Source: Tubiluchus corallicola (Eukaryota > Animalia > Priapulida). Taken from it: DNA of 23,147 nt. The number at the start of each line of letters is the position of its first letter. Position 1 is the stretch's first letter. Location of the stretch: positions 1 to 23,147 of the forward strand of contig JAQGDQ010001863.1 in assembly GCA_030141605.1 (NCBI GenBank), written 5' to 3'. Below are positions 21,311-23,147 of the stretch, one piece after another. The translations under genes and the position numbers were made by a program. The notes below the pieces were generated by a model. That model was given only the letters and a program-made list of their open reading frames with translations. It searched no databases and had not been told where the DNA came from.

Positions 21311-22320
21311 TGTTGTGTTGTGTTGTGTTATGTTATGTTATGTTATGTTATGTTATGTTATGTTATGTTATGTTATGTTATGTTATGTTATGTTATGTCA
21401 TGTTATGTTATGTTATGTTATGTTATGTTATGTTATGTTATACTATACTATACTATACTATACTATACTATACTATACTATACTATACTATACTATACTA
21501 TACTATACTATACTATACTATACTATACTATACTATACTATACTATACTATACTATACTATACTATACTATACTATACTATACTATACTATACTATACTA
21601 TACTATACTATACTATACTATACTATACTATATACTATACTATACTATACTATACTATACTATACTATACCATACCATACCATACCATACTATACCATAC
21701 CATACCATACCATACTATACTATACTATACTATACTATACTATACTGTACTGTACTGTACTGTACTGTACTGTACTGTACTATACTATACTATATTATAT
21801 TATATTATATATACTATACTATACTATACTATACTATACTATACTATACTATACTATACTATACTATACTATACTATACTATACTATACTATATACTATA
21901 CTATACTATACTATACTATACTATACTATACTATACTATACTATACTATACTATACTATACTATACTATACTATACTATACTATACTATACTATACTATA
22001 CTATACTATACTATACTATACTATACTATACTATACTATACATACATACATACATACATACATACATACATTTTACTATATATCTTCTTCTATGCTATGC
22101 TATCTATGCTATACTGTACTATACTATTACTATACTATACTATACTTACTTACTTACTATACTATACTATACTATACTATACTATACTATGCTATACTAT
22201 ACTATACTATACTATACTATACTATACTATACTATACTATACTATACTATACTATACTATACTATACTATACTATACTATACTATACTATACTATACTAT
22301 ACTATACTATACTATACTAT
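21311..22320. repeat. ~1-kb compound microsatellite (TGTTG)(TGTTA)n(TACTA)n(TACCA)n(TACTG)n(CATA)n
   Basis: Read directly; source of the three ~400-aa YYTIL pseudo-ORFs. Confidence 0.98.
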
Positions 22321-22969
22321 TTTGGCTACTCCGTGTTTTTTCTGCTTGACACACAAGGCAGCTGGTCTAAGTCAATAACACGTTATTTTACCAATCAATC
22401 GCCGTGCGTAAGTTTCTATCTTCAACCGTGAAACGTTCGATAGAATTTATTTTAGTTACCTATAGAATTTTCGGTTGTTAATAGTGGTGAGTGGTGACTG
22501 GTAACTCGAAACCTAGTATCGACAAAAATACAGTGAATATTCACAGTTCGTGTCGAGCTTTCAATTAGAATGGTGTAAGAAAGTGAAACTAACAATCCTC
22601 AATTCTTATACAAACTTGCTGTAATGATTATATAACTCTCAGTTAACCTCGTGGCAAACTATCACCATAGGGTTTCTAATAAAGTAAGCAAAACTATAAT
22701 AACGTCCTAGCGGACTTACGTTCAAGATTATTATATGCAAAAAAACTTTGTTGGCAATAATTTTATTATCTCATTATTGACAGGGATACAAGAAAATTAC
22801 AATTAGTCTGTAAAAACATGCTGTCACTTGGTGTTTACCATAACAATATTTCAAAATAGTTTTAAAAAACGAAAACATTTACGATAATTTATTCAATGTA
22901 AATTACTTCCTAAGCAGTAAGATCAGTTTTTAGCAATAGATATGACGTCATAACGCAAAATGATGTAAG

Positions 22970-23074
22970 CAGGGCCTATTTCGGGGGGGGGAGTGGGGAT
23001 ACTTCCCTGGGGCCTCACCCTCCAGGGGGCCTCGCACCGAGGTAACATTTTTTTGCTTTATACAAACATACTGC

Positions 23075-23147
<73 letters not shown>
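22970..23147 (+). mobile_element. hAT-type MITE copy interrupted by (CT)n, running to window edge
   Basis: Starts CAGGGCCTATTTCG; collinear with 16503 copy until ACATACTGCCTCCTC, then (CT)~33 at 23078-23144. Confidence 0.85.

Noticed and set aside
21138-22431. Three ~400-aa YYTIL ORFs
   Set aside because: Microsatellite artefacts.

Overview
AT-rich eukaryotic (probably invertebrate animal) genomic DNA, dense in repeats; there is no prokaryotic operon or CRISPR array, and most ORFs in the track are artefacts of micro/minisatellites. The best-supported gene is a minus-strand Fam20C/Fam20A-like Golgi secretory kinase, seen as two coding exons (4266-3878, 2136-2006) that splice in frame and continue off the left edge. 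The most unusual element is a composite retroposon at ~9684-10915 (minus): a 5S rRNA-derived head fused to an RTE-LINE-like 5'UTR segment and RTE-like 3' end, whose terminal stem-loop is present 13 times in a 60-bp tandem array. Also present: a second 5S remnant facing a tRNA-like T-arm, four copies of a hAT-type MITE (one intact with 8-bp TSD), a probable TTAA/Kolobok-type element, a 5'-truncated CR1/L2-group LINE, paired NRF1-type palindromes, a 69-bp minisatellite that reiterates a splice acceptor and CRE site, several local duplications, and a few weak orphan exon candidates. All family assignments are from recalled sequence knowledge, not database searches.
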